Positions 1-11,360 of a stretch of DNA of 33,919 nucleotides are shown here, piece by piece (the stretch's first letter is position 1; the number at the start of each line of letters is the position of its first letter). The stretch spans positions 1 through 33,919 of the forward strand of contig NW_021831969.1 of assembly GCF_006345805.1 (NCBI RefSeq). Direction: 5' to 3'. The notes beneath the pieces are model-generated. The model did not search any database and was not told where the DNA came from. It saw only the letters and a list, made by a program, of their open reading frames with translations. The position numbers and the translations under genes are program-made. Source of the stretch: Octopus sinensis. Its lineage: Eukaryota.

Positions 1-348
1 ATATATCTTGTTCAAGTGCTTGAAGAATGAAGCACAGAGGAGTTGAGAGAAAACTGTGTATAAGAGGAATTAGATATAATTTTCAAGTGAGAATGTGCTG
101 GTATGGAATATGTAATGTTTATGGATTATGACAATTGAGTAAATGTCAGGTGACCTAAGTATCTAAGTGGAAGGGCACTATAGAAGAGGATGACTTCAGA
201 AAACATGGTCAGAAGTAATGAAAGCTGACCTCAAGATTTTGAATCTCATAAAAGGGATGACAGTGGAATGTGACAAGCTGTGAAATGCTTTCTGCAAAGG
301 ACCTGTCCAAATGGTGCAAGGATAGAAAACAGATGTAAAATGATGAAG
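1..348 (+). mobile_element. Decayed 3' end of RTE-clade LINE
   Basis: Translates to ..QKTWSEVMKADLKILNL (cf. GRPRKTWDEVVKHDL at 3085-3135). Ends in cctgtccaa..gatagaaaacagatgtaaaatgatga, a decayed copy of the RTE tail seen at 3585-3636. Confidence 0.65.
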
Positions 349-364
349 GTATGTCAGGTAACTT

Positions 365-720
365 TTAGTGCTAATGGTAACATGTAATCCATTGGTCATT
401 AGCAAATACAGTAACATTTCCACCAGACTAACTTGGTGAGGAGGTTTGCTAGAAATACTTGAGTTGGTGAAAGCGTGTGCAGTGAGACTACTTTGGGATT
501 GATGGATCTCTAGTTCTTGTTAAAACCTCCCTCTCTCTAAGTAAGGGTTTCTCTATTGTAAAACCTAAGATTGTTGAGTTTCTGGTTGTCTCAGCCTATG
601 TTAGGCCATTAGTAGGAAAGCTGTTTTAGTGAGAAAATTCTGTGCATGCTTCATTGATCGTAATAGTTATCGTACACAGGAACATATTAGAATCATGAAC
701 AGGAAGTAAATCTCTGAAAA
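365..720 (-). mobile_element. Possible highly decayed Penelope-like element fragment (RT C-terminus)
   Basis: Minus-strand translation gives ILGFTIEK..EVLTRT and LYLLMTNG, loosely like the PLE motifs LKFTxEK..DVLITRT and VFLxNGYP. Many stops. Confidence 0.25.
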
Positions 721-1195
721 GTGGTTAATGTTGATTGAGAAATTAAGGTATCACATGCTCCTGCAACGAACCCCCCCCCCCCAAAAAAAAACACCGGCTT
801 CTGTAATTTTCTCACTCATGAAGCACATGATAGGTGAGGCATGGGTGGTAGCTATTGCATTTCTCTATTCCCTCACATAGCTGCCATTATTGTTGTATAA
901 GGATTTTTGCTGGTGTCCAAGGAATGTTGGTATTTTGACATGAGTTGACTTTTAGTGTGTGTGTGTGTGTGCGTGCATGTGAATGTGCATTTGTAATATC
1001 TGATATTGAGTCCTTGATTGAACTTATTTAAATAACACTTAGGTTGATATTCCATAAACATCTTTTAACAACCACATTAGACTTTCTTATGCATTTTTTA
1101 AATCTAAACTTATATTAATCTCCCTTTCTTTTTTAGTGTCTGTGTGTGTGTATAACAAAAACAAATAAAAGTATATTAAATACTAGATAAGATAA

Positions 1196-3636
1196 GTGAT
1201 GGGGTAGGTGGGGTGGGCATACTTCTTGCAGAAAAATATGCTGATAAGATCATAGAGGTAGCCAGAGTGTGTGATAGAGTACTTTAGCTCAGGCTAATTT
1301 TTCAGAATAGTACAGTGACAATTATCTCTGCCTTTGCCTCCAAAGTGGGTCTACCAAATGAGCAAAAGGATTGCTTTTATGATATCCTTCTGCAGGCTGC
1401 CTCAAAGATGAATGACAATGATCTCATCTTTGTGGCTGATAATTTCAATGGACATATTGGGCAGTAGCCAGATATCTTCCATGGTGTATATGGGGTTTAT
1501 GGAATTGGTTCTTGAAATGAAGAGGGAATAAGGCTAATGGAGTTTTGTGATGAAAATAACCTAGCGATTTGCAACATCAACTTCAGGAAACCAGACAGCC
1601 ACCTGATAACCTACAATTGGGTAGACCACACTAACTAGATCAATTACATTCTCACCAGACAGTGAGATACATGGTTGCTCATAAGGATATGAAGACAGAG
1701 AAAGCTCCTGGTCCATTAGGAAATGCTTAAAATATCTGGCAAAGTAGGTTATGGGCTAGTCATTTGTATAGTTAACCAGGTGGTACATGAAGGAGTCATG
1801 CCCAGTGACTGATGTAGCAGCACCATAGTCAACTGCTACAAAGGTACAGGTGATGTCTCAGATAGAAATAATCACAGAGGTATCAGATTGTTGGATCAGG
1901 TGATGACAGTCACAGAGAGGGTTATAGCCCAACTAATTAGGGAGAGAGTCTAGATGAGATGCAGTTTGGTTCTGTGCCAGGGAGAAGCACAACTAATGAC
2001 ATATTTCTGGTAAGGCAGCTGCAGGAAAAATACATAGTCAGAGATAAACCTCTGTACTTGGCTTCCATTGACAGGGTCCCCCAGTCCCTTATCTAGTGGT
2101 CATTGTGGAAACTATGGATAGATGAGTGGTTGGTGAGAGCTGTACAAGCCATGCATAGAGATGCTGACAATAATGTAAAGGTTGGCAATGAGTATAGCAA
2201 AGATTTTAGGATACAAGTTGGGGTTCACCAAGGATCAGTGCTCACCCCTCCCCCCTTGTTCATCATAGTCCTCTAAGCAGTAACAGAGGAATTGAAGACT
2301 GGATGCTCCTGGGAGATTTATGTTGATGACCTTGCTCATATAGCTGAATCACTACCACAGCTAAAGAAGTTTGAGGTCCATAATTGAAGGGCCTTAGAGT
2401 TAACCTAGCAAATGCCTAAGTCTTAGTAAGTAGGAAAACAGACAAATCACAAATCCCTTCAGGTAGCTGACCCTGCTTGATCTGTAGGAAAGGCATGGGT
2501 AGAAATTCCATAAGATGTACCTGTTGTAAAATGGACACATAAGAGGTGCAGCAATATGAGAAGGTTAACAGGGGAAATAGTTTGTGTGTGCACTTGGTGC
2601 ACAGGTACAATCATCACTATAAATGTTCAGAAAATAGACTTTATCAAATGCCCAGGGGAAAAACTGGAAGTAGTTGATAGATTCTGATTAAGCCAGTAGC
2701 AGGGATGGATGCTCCAGAGTGTAGCTGCTAGAATAAGAATAGGTTGGGCAAAGTTCAGTGAGCTCCCACCTCTGTTGGTAACAAAGGGCCTCTCACTCAG
2801 AGTGAAAGGCAGATTGTATGATGCCTGTGTGTGAACAGCCATGTTACATGGCAGTGAAACATGAGGTGTGACTGCCGAGGACATGCATAGGCTTGAAAGA
2901 AATGAAGCTAGAATGCTTTGCCGGATGTGTAATGTTGGTATGTACAACAAAGTGTCTTGAGAGAAAAACTGGACATAAGAGGCATCTGATGCAGTATACA
3001 AGAAAGATGACTGCATTGGTATTGTCATGTGATGCATATGGATGTGGACAGTTGTGTAAAGAAGTGCTGATCTCTACCAGTGAAAGAGGGAGACCCAGGA
3101 AGACATGGGACGAGGTGGTGAAGCATGATCTTCAAATGTTGAGCCTCACAAAGGCAATGACAAGTGACTGAGACCTTGGCCAACATGCCATGCTTGAGAA
3201 GATCCATGAAACCAAGTGAAATCATAGATGTGATCATTGTCGGTGTCACATGTAAAAAGCATCTTTCAAGTATTGGGCCTTGCAGAGGCTATGTGGCTGA
3301 TGTTGGTGTTGTGTAACTAGAACCTCGGCCTGTGGCATGTAAAAAGCTACCTTCTGTATGCTGGGCCTCATGGAGGTCATGACAAATAACGTGCTTTAGA
3401 AGACCCATCAAACCAAGTGAGATTATAGTTGTGGCAGATATTGGTGTCATGCAAACTAACACCTGTACCAGTGGCATGTAAAAACAACCGTTACACTCTT
3501 GAGGTGGTTGGCATCCAGCTGTAGAAACCATGCCAAATCAGACTAGAGTCTGGTGCAGCCCCTCAGCTTACTAGCCCTGGTCAAACTGTCCAACCCATAC
3601 CAGCATGGACAACAAATGTTAAATGATGATGATGAT
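1196..3636 (+). mobile_element. RTE-clade LINE relic (APE endonuclease + RT, internally deleted, with 3' UTR and (TGA)n tail)
   Basis: APE motifs GVGGVGILL, IFVADNFNGHIG, EGIRLMEFCDENNLAICN. RT motifs KAPGP, DEMQFGSVPGRST, GVHQGSVL, YVDDL, KGRLYDACV, GRPRKTWDEVVKHDL. Multiple stops and frameshifts. EN is joined almost directly to RT near 1690. Ends tgatgatgatgat. Confidence 0.92.
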
Positions 3637-3642
3637 ATATAT

Positions 3643-3778
3643 ATTCTGTTACTTGTTTCTGTCATTTGACTGTGGCCATGCTGGAACGCCGCCTTTAGTT
3701 GAATAAACTGACTCTGGGACTTATTCTTTGTAAGCCTAGTACTTATTCTATTGGTCTCTTTTGTGGAACTGCTAAGTT
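3643..3778 (-). mobile_element. 3' fragment of tRNA-derived SINE
   Basis: Reverse complement matches 6717-6850 of the full-length SINE (aacttagc..gaataagtact..ccagcatggc..cagtcaaatgac..aacaagtaa). Confidence 0.8.
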
Positions 3779-3792
3779 ATATATCTATACCT

Positions 3793-3826
<34 letters not shown>

Positions 3827-4007
3827 GTCTATCCATCTGTCTATATATCTATGTATCTATCTATCTATCTATATATATATATATATATATATATTTACAC
3901 ACACAGACACATGCATGTATGTATATATATATATATATATTTATACACACAGACACATGCATGTATATATATATATATACATATACACACATACATACAT
4001 ATATGTA
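3779..4007. repeat. Compound microsatellite (TATC)n/(TA)n/(CA)n with a duplicated cacacagacacatgcatgta unit
   Basis: Directly visible. Confidence 0.95.
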
Positions 4008-4900
4008 TCTATATATATAAAACACAGTGTGTGTGTTTGTAAACCTGCATAACTTCTGAAGTTCACAACTGATTTTCTTCAAACTGGGAATATACATTAC
4101 TCATGTTCCAGAGATAGTTACAGGTTCCTAAAATTTTTCACATAATGAGTAATGGGACCTCTAGGACCAGAAAATCCCCTTTCCTGGGGTAAGTACGACT
4201 ACTGTGGAGAAGGGAGGTAACTCTTTGCAAAGTAGCTTTTCTAAGATATTGATATTATTTACCTTTTTTTATTGACGTTTCATGATTAACATATTGTCGT
4301 CTTAGTTTATTACGTCATATTTCTTGACATGATGTCTCCAAAGAAGAGTTCCTCCGTTGGTCAAAAAATGGCAGTAGCAGAGAAATTGAAAAGATGGATA
4401 GCAAATGAATTGTCACATACTTCAATTAGTCTATCACAAAATGCTGCATGTACAGCTACTGCTAGAACGATGGGAAACCTGGCCAGGAATGCTGCATTGA
4501 CAGCTTCAGCCAGTCCACCCCCTTTACCACATGATTTCTTTCATGTAGATTTCTTTCATGTGGTGCTGTTGAGTGCACCCACAGACATAATTTAACACAT
4601 AGATAAATGTTCAGCGTGGTAGTGGCAACACACACAGCAGCAAAAGAGAGTATATTTACTGAGAGCTTTTTGGTGCATTTAAAAATCACATACCTCACAC
4701 TTTTCTATGACGTGGTTAGAGCCTGGAATCTTTCAAACAGACTTATGATATGTCACTTAGTTGAATTAGCTCATCATTTACTCCATAATTGTTTTGTCAT
4801 CATTACTGCACTACCCCATATTACATGTTTCAACTTAACTGTACCAAATATACAAACTATGCCATTTAAATCCTGACAAACCCAGGCAATATGATCAATC
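4008..4900 (+). mobile_element. Probable non-autonomous Helitron-like element (5' end clear, 3' end uncertain)
   Basis: A|TCTATATATATAAAA..GTGTGTGTTTGT start, then ataacttctga..ctgattttcttcaaactggga, typical of Lep1/HINE-like Helitron bodies. Internal ORF MSPKKSSSVGQK..AEKLKRWIANE resembles Helitron N-termini. No intact hairpin+CTAG found; cccaggcaat at 4881 may be its remnant. Confidence 0.4.
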
Positions 4901-5276
4901 AAGGGAAAGGAGAACATAGTCAAAACATAATTTATGCTATTTAATCTGGATTAAGGATATCAATAATTGTACTTGCAATTAAATTAATTACCAAAAATGC
5001 TGGTGCTAATACTTTATGATCAATATATTTACACTAAAGCTAGATTCCTAGTTATGAAAATATTGAGCTTAAAATAGAAATATACAAGATTAAACTAGAT
5101 ATATATTTAAAATATTAAATTCCATGACTAAAATAGTACATTAGGAGCATACTAAAAAGAACCTGAATATTGAGTTGTGAGGTAGCCTGAAAATTATTGC
5201 CTGACTGTTTTCCAAAATATTTGGTGGTCCTTTTCAATTTTATGTATGTGCAATTCCTATTCATATTTTAAAAGAA

Positions 5277-5685
5277 ATCGTCGCCTTACTGGCACTTGTG
5301 CCTATGCTAGTAGGGTGCCAAGAGCACCATCTGAGTGTGATCGTTGCCAGAGCAGCCAACTGGCTTCCATGCCAGTGGCACGTAAAAGGGCACCATTCGA
5401 GCGTGATCGTTACCAACATCACCTTACTGGCACCTGTGCTGGTGGCATGTGTAAAAAGATTCGAGTGAGGTTGCCAGTACCACCTGACTGGCCCCCGTGC
5501 CGGTGGCACGTAAAAACCACCCACTACACTCACGGAATGGTTGGCGTTAGGAAGGGCATCCAGCTGTAGAAACTCTGCCAAATCAAGATTGGAGACTGGT
5601 GCAACCATCTGGTTCGTTAGCCCTCAGTCAAAATCGTCCAACCCATGCTAGCATGGAAAGCAGACATTAAACGATGATGATGATT
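5277..5685 (+). mobile_element. 5'-truncated RTE-tail retroelement with ~65-bp internal tandem units
   Basis: About 3.5 units of accattcgagcgtgatcgttgccag..gtgccagtggcacgtaaaa, then the RTE tail ggttggcgttaggaagggcatccagctgtag..gtccaacccatgctagcatgg..gatgatgatga. Confidence 0.8.
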
Positions 5686-6450
5686 ATGAATGCATTTAAC
5701 TCAAGGTTGACCCCGGTTGAGAAAATTTAATGAAGTGTTGTAATATTGATCACACTATCCATTTTTAAAATAAAATGTATATCCTAAACATATTTTGGCA
5801 CAGAACCCATTGTACAATTTTCTAAATATTGCCAAAAGCCATGCCTATATTTAATAGACAACCTTCACCATCCTTATTTTGATAAGACATGAAGTGAAAC
5901 AGGTTGCTTTAGGAAGAGGATTTAGTCATATGAAAAATATATATCATATGAAAAATAATACAATATTGAAATGGTGAAAAGCATCTGTTTTATAGAATTA
6001 TTTTTAATAAATCTTATTAAAGATTTTCCAGAATTTTTCATGGAACCTTGGGTTCTTTTGAACCCACTTCGAAAAATCCCATCCTTAGACTACATTATCC
6101 CATGTCGTTTTTCTTATAAAATAGTGTACCCTATTAAGGATTAAAATAGAAGTTTTTCAAAAATTTTAAATGGATTCAGTTTTGAATTATTGTACTGGCA
6201 GTAATATTGCTTCAACATAACACAAATATAAAATATTTGAATTTTTTTTATAATGTAATGTAGGTAATTAAATTCAATACTTTTCCATGAGCATAAGAAT
6301 GCAGAGAATACTTACAAATGTTATTATCCATTTCAAATTCTATCAGTGTGACTCAAAACTGATAGTCTGTTTTATATGCTACTTTTAATATTTACAACAT
6401 TATCCTTTAATTATTAGAGTTCTAATAAAAGTTTTATAATAATAAACACA

Positions 6451-6861
6451 TGCACAGGAGTGGCTGTGTGATAAGTAGCTTGCTAACCAACCACATGGTT
6501 CCAGGTTCAGTCCCACTGCGTGGCATCTTGGGCAAGTGTCTTCTGCTATAGCCCCGGGCCAACCAATGCCTTGTGAGTGGATTTGGTAGACGGAAACTGG
6601 AAGAAGCCTGTCGTATATATGTATATATATATATGCATGTGTGTGTGTCTGTGTTTGTTCCCCTAGCATTGCTTGACAACTGATGCTGGTGTGTTTACGT
6701 CCCCGTAACTTAGCGGTTCGGCAAAAAGAGACCGATAGAATAAGTACTGGGCTTACAAAAAGAATAAGTCCCGGGGTCGAGTTGCTCGACTAAAAGGCGG
6801 TGCTCCAGCATGGCTGCAGTCAAATGACTGAAACAAGTAAAAGAATAAAGAAATAAAAGAA
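6451..6861 (+). mobile_element. Full-length tRNA-derived SINE (CORE-like centre, internal TA/TG microsatellite, A-rich tail)
   Basis: tRNA-like head with A and B boxes. cttgggcaagtgtctt resembles the CORE motif cttgggcaagtcactt. (aagaata) tail. Four more partial or complete copies occur in the window. Confidence 0.92.
6461..6514 (+). promoter_or_regulatory. Pol III internal promoter of the SINE (A box TGGCTGTGTGA 6461-6471, B box GGTTCAGTCCC 6504-6514)
   Basis: Matches TRGCNNARYGG and GGTTCRANNCC with few mismatches, at tRNA-like spacing. Confidence 0.7.
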
Positions 6862-6899
6862 CATGCTTCTGCTGTCAATTGTCAAATTTTCTGTAGTTA

Positions 6900-8475
6900 G
6901 AGTATTTTTGAAAATTATTCTTGTGCATTTAGATTGCCATGGAAGCCAAAAGAATAGATCATTTGCTTTCTTATTAGCCTCCATCTTTCAGACTGGTAAG
7001 GGAGGTATCGCAAGCACAATATGTCATATCCATAAAAGAGGCAGCAAAGCAAACACTAAAAATTATAGGCCTGTCTCTGTAACCTCATATGTCAGCAAAG
7101 TCAGGAAGAAGCTGAACACATTCCTAGAAGGTAATGATTTGATCCCTGACATTCAACATGGCTTCTGCTCAAGAAGAAGCTACGTTACACAGCTTCTGCA
7201 GCATTATGACTGTCTGTTGAAATAAATAATAAATCGCTCAAATGTTAATGTGATATATCTGGATTTTGAAAAAGCCTTTGATAAGGCTTGATCACAAGAT
7301 GATATGTCACTCATCATAGTTAGAAAATTGGGAGAGTGGTTACATGACTTCTTAAAATGACAAGCCAGGCTATGGCAGTCAATAGGGCCCTCTCCAAGGA
7401 GACAGCAATAGTGATTAGAGTACCTTGGGGATGCTGCTGTTTATGGTGGCTCTCTTGGACATGTCATCAGTTACACAGACAACCAGACTTATTAGCTATG
7501 CTGATGATACAAAAGTAACACAATAATTGAGGAATCTTCTAGTGCTAATCTTCTACAGAAAGACCTAGATATCTTATATAAATAGACTGAAGAAAACAAC
7601 ATACAATTTAAAGCAGGAAAATTCCAAGTGCTCTCCTATTAGGCAGCTTACATTAACACACCACAACAAAGATGCTTTGAATCAAAGGGAACGACTACAA
7701 GTACAGTGTGTGATTTAGAAATTGATATGAACAATGATGCCTTATCTTGTGTACATGTCACCAAGATGATGGCAATGTATAGGTGAATGGCTGGCTGGAT
7801 TCTGAGAACTTTCAGAATAAGGGACCATGAAACTATACTAGTTCTATGGAGGACATTTGTTCTAAGCCAACTGAACTTCTCTCAGCTGTGGTCACCCCAT
7901 TGTGTCAAATTAATAGTACAACTTGTGGCATTTCAGCAGTGCTATGCCAAGAAGATTGCATTAGTAGAACAGCTGGGTTACTGAGAAAGACTGAAAGAAT
8001 TACAACTCTACTCCCTGGAGTGAAGATGGGAGAGATATGCAGTGATAGATGTATGGAAGATCCTAGATGAGTTGGTAGCAAACTTTGGTGTCAAGAGTTA
8101 TACCAGCCACTGAATTCAACATTATTGCATTGTTCCAAAGGTCCCACCCATCTTATCTAGAGTGAAGACCAATTACTGCAATAGCTTAAGATTCAAAGAC
8201 TGGCAGCTATTTAATATCTTGGCAAAATGTCAGAGATCATCATGGAATGGGGGTGGATGTTTTCAAGAAACACTTTGACCTTTGGCTTTCTAAGATTCCA
8301 AACGAACTTACATCATGGTAAGAAACTCATAAGAGGGGAGCAATATCAAACTCCATCCTTCACCAAAAGCCATACACAAGAAAATGGCCATTGAAAAGGT
8401 GATAGTATTAATGGTGCCCCAGTATGGTCACAGCCTTTGGGCTAAAACACATAAAGAAGGCAAGAATAAAAGAAT
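6900..8475 (+). mobile_element. Old CR1/L2-group LINE relic, 5'-truncated
   Basis: NYRPVSVTSYVSK, IQHGF, IYLDFEKAFDK, ISYADDTKV (~7492-7515), MAGWILRTF, ERLKELQLYSLE. Many stops. The 3' end ggtgccccagtatggtcacagc..aagaataaaagaat resembles the SINE tail. Confidence 0.88.
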
Positions 8476-8940
8476 CATGACTTCCTAATTCAAGAATAAC
8501 AATTTGAAATTTGCCATTTTGCTAACTTGTTTAAAACACACTGTATTTTCCTGTTTTATAATGGAACTTAACTCACTAAAATAAAATCTGTTTACTTTGT
8601 GTGACTAACCAATTTAGTTGACTAATAAGTTGTATAATTTCTGTCATTTCTCTTGTAGATATTTTATTTTCGAAGTTTCTGCAGAGTTTCATTAAAATAT
8701 ATTTAACTTGTCTAAGTTTAATATTTTTCCCATTCCTTTTAATATCTAATCCAATATACCAGGATGGAAAGTGTCACTAGAGAGGTCACAGATGTGTGAC
8801 AAAAAGATTTCCAGACAATGGACATGAGTTAAAATAAGAACAGTAATAAATGAGTGAAGAATGAATATGTAGTGCATGTGTTTATTTGACAAAAAAGAAA
8901 GAAAAATAACCATTGCAAAATACAACAATATATATATATA

Positions 8941-9701
8941 TTATTTGTTTTAGTCATTAGACTGCAACAATGTTGGGGCACTGTCTTCAAAACTTTTAGT
9001 TGAATGAATAAACCCCAGTGCTCTTTTTAAAGCCTGATACTTATTCTATCAATCTCTGTTGCTGAACTGCTAAGTTATGGGGATATAAACACACAAACAC
9101 CAGTTGTCAAGTGGTGTTGGGGACAATCAAAGAAACACACACAGAGATATATTTGTATATACATACACTAGCAGTATCGCCCGGCGTTGCTCAGGTTTGT
9201 AAGGGAAATAACTATAAAGCATTTTTAGAGAGTTATAGCCAAAAAATAGCAAAAAAATGGAAAAAAAATGATGGTAAATTTTTTTTTGAGAGTAATAAAA
9301 GGTTGAGTTGCGTCCCCTAGACAGTCTGTGGTTTGTTTTTTTTTATTCTCGACCCCATGTCGAATTTATCGATTTTTTTCAGAACTGGGGGAACTTTTCA
9401 AAATTTTCGCTGCGTTAGTTTTGAATTATGACATTGGGCTATGTGTGTGTCAAGTTTCATCAGAATCGGTTGAAAGCCGTGGTCAGGGTGAGGGTACGAG
9501 AAAACAGACACACAGAAACACGCACAGACAAACTGCCGTTTATATAGAGAGAGATAACAGGCTTCTTTAAGTTTCTGTCTTCCAAATCCACTCACAGAGC
9601 TTTGTACAAGAAGACACTTGCCTAAGATGCCACGCAGTCGGACTGAACCTGGAATCTTGTGGCAGGGAAGAATCTTCTTACCACACAACCATGCCTGCAC
9701 C
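8941..9701 (-). mobile_element. tRNA-derived SINE, interrupted by a Helitron at 9168-9554
   Basis: 9555-9701 is the tRNA head plus centre (minus strand ggtgcaggcatggttgtgtgg..ggttcagtccga). 8941-9167 is the 3' half. Both are colinear with 6451-6861. Confidence 0.85.
9168..9554 (-). mobile_element. Non-autonomous Helitron (387 bp)
   Basis: Minus strand begins TC (TCTCTCTCTATATAAAC) and ends CTAG. GC-rich hairpin cctgagcaacgccggg lies 8 nt before CTAG. Inserted between A and T with no TSD. Confidence 0.85.
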
Positions 9702-9711
9702 TATTTATATG

Positions 9712-9940
9712 TTTGATGTGTGTGTGTGTGTGTCTTTGTGTTTGTTCACCCACCATCACTTGACAACTAGTGTTTAGGTCCCTGTAGCTTAGTGGTTTGG
9801 CAAAAGTATTCAATAGAATAATTATCTGACTTAAAAAAAAAAAGAGATACTTACTGGAGTCTATTTGTTTAACTAAAATTCTTTAAGGTGGTGCCCCAGC
9901 TTGGTTGCAGTCTGATGATTGAAACGAGTGATAGATAAGA
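9712..9940 (+). mobile_element. 3' half of tRNA-derived SINE
   Basis: tgtgtgtctttgtgtttgttc..cttgacaac..gcttagtggtttggcaaa..ggtgccccagcttggttgcagtc..gaaac matches 6640-6850. Confidence 0.75.
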
Positions 9941-10029
9941 GAATGTAAGTCTTTTTTTACTTGTTGGGAAAGGGATAGTTTCCATAATCTTTGATCCGCT
10001 CCAGACCTGTGAGGTTGATTCCATAATAT

Positions 10030-11360
10030 TTCATTTAAACTGTTGTAAGCCAGCACTTTCCAGAAAGATATGAGCAAGGAAATTCCAGTGGACTGTTTTC
10101 TTTGAGAAGGGACTGGACATAGTGGCTAGCATGGGGCCTGATGGTGTTGGACACTCAAGTATAATGAGAGGAGAAGAGACAAGTGGGTTCTGACTGAGTG
10201 GAGAAGGCACAAGTCTAACTAGTTCTGAACAGAAATCATTACAATAGCAATTGAAAAGACAGAAGAGAGAAGACAGCACACATTTGGGCCAGAGGCTGGA
10301 GCATGCCTGTAAGTAATTTGAAGCCAGCTAGTCAAGTGACCATTCATGATCTAATCAAGGATGTCTGCATGCATAGCAGCTATCTTGTGCTAGAAATGGG
10401 AGCAATACTACATTGCAATCTTCGGTTGAGTTTTGTTAGGGGCTGAAATATTTGCTGACTCTGATGAGAAAGGAAACTCTTTAGGATGTGATCTTAGCTA
10501 TGGTAAAAATGTGCTTTCTCCAACAGAGATTCTCAGTGATAGATAGGCTTAACATGGACATGTATGGTGCAGTGGTGTTTTCTTGACATGAGCAGTAGTG
10601 CTTGAGTTTTTTTTGTTTTTGCTTTTAAGAGTGATAAGATTGGCACTGGCCTCATGGGTGATACTTTATAGGTTTACTATTCATGGAATTGGTACAAGTT
10701 TGGTATGTGGTATCCGTTGCATGTAGATAATGCATGGTTGGGGAATACTAAAAAATTGCATCACCTACATAAGAGAGAATGTTGTTAGTCATGGCAGCAA
10801 GTAAGTCATTGATCTATAGAAAGAAAATAGTGAGGGACAAAACTGAACCTTGGGGCAGATCAGGGTTTGGTTGTTTTATAGTGCAACAGAAAGAGCTCCT
10901 TCAACAATGATGTTATTTGAGAGGAAGCTACCAATTCAAATGATGAGAAATAGATGAAGCTTATAAGTGGGAGATTTTGATTGGAAATTTGCAAACCAGA
11001 CATGGTTACAGGTTTTATTAATGTCTAGGGTGATAGCATTGCCTTCACTGATCTACTCTAAGGTGAAACTCCACTGATGAGTGATATGAGAGAGCAGGTC
11101 ACCCATAGATCTGGCTCTGTGGAAGCTGTATGATTCAAGATGTTGGAGAACATTAATATTAATGGCTGTTTTTGTTACTTTCTAGATATTAGTAGAGTGT
11201 AATAGTTTGAATTGGAGGGGTTACCATTTTTTGGAATGGGACAATTGTAGTCTTTTCTTGAAATATCAACATACATCTCCATAGAGTGTATGAGATTACA
11301 GAGTGAATATAGTGGAAAGTTCTTGGATACAATGTTGGAGTGTATTGTCTTGTTCGTTTA
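10030..11360 (-). mobile_element. Decayed Jockey/CR1-group LINE (RT region to C-terminus)
   Basis: Minus-strand translation gives PIPKNGNPSNSNY, FHRARSMGDLLSHITHQWS, ITLDINK, IGSFLSN, PQGSVLS..INDLL..SYVGDA, and FSKKTVHWNFL..LQQFK. Confidence 0.8.

Noticed and set aside
5277-5520. CRISPR-like repeat-spacer array
   Set aside because: These are degenerate tandem units without unique spacers, in a eukaryotic retroelement UTR.
5790-6085. Possible hAT-Charlie-type MITE (ggaaccttgggttcttttgaacccacttcgaaaa)
   Set aside because: Only one terminus-like motif, with no matching TIR or TSD found.
6451-6530. Functional tRNA gene
   Set aside because: No complete cloverleaf, and it continues directly into the SINE body. 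It is a SINE head.
6448-6866. acatgc on both sides of the SINE as a TSD
   Set aside because: The left copy overlaps the SINE's own 5' end as defined by sibling copies, so it is likely coincidental.
8640-8830. Possible host exons after pyrimidine tract + AG (ttctcttgtag ~8658, ataccag ~8763)
   Set aside because: No convincing donor or recognisable peptide, and such acceptor-like strings are common in AT-rich DNA.
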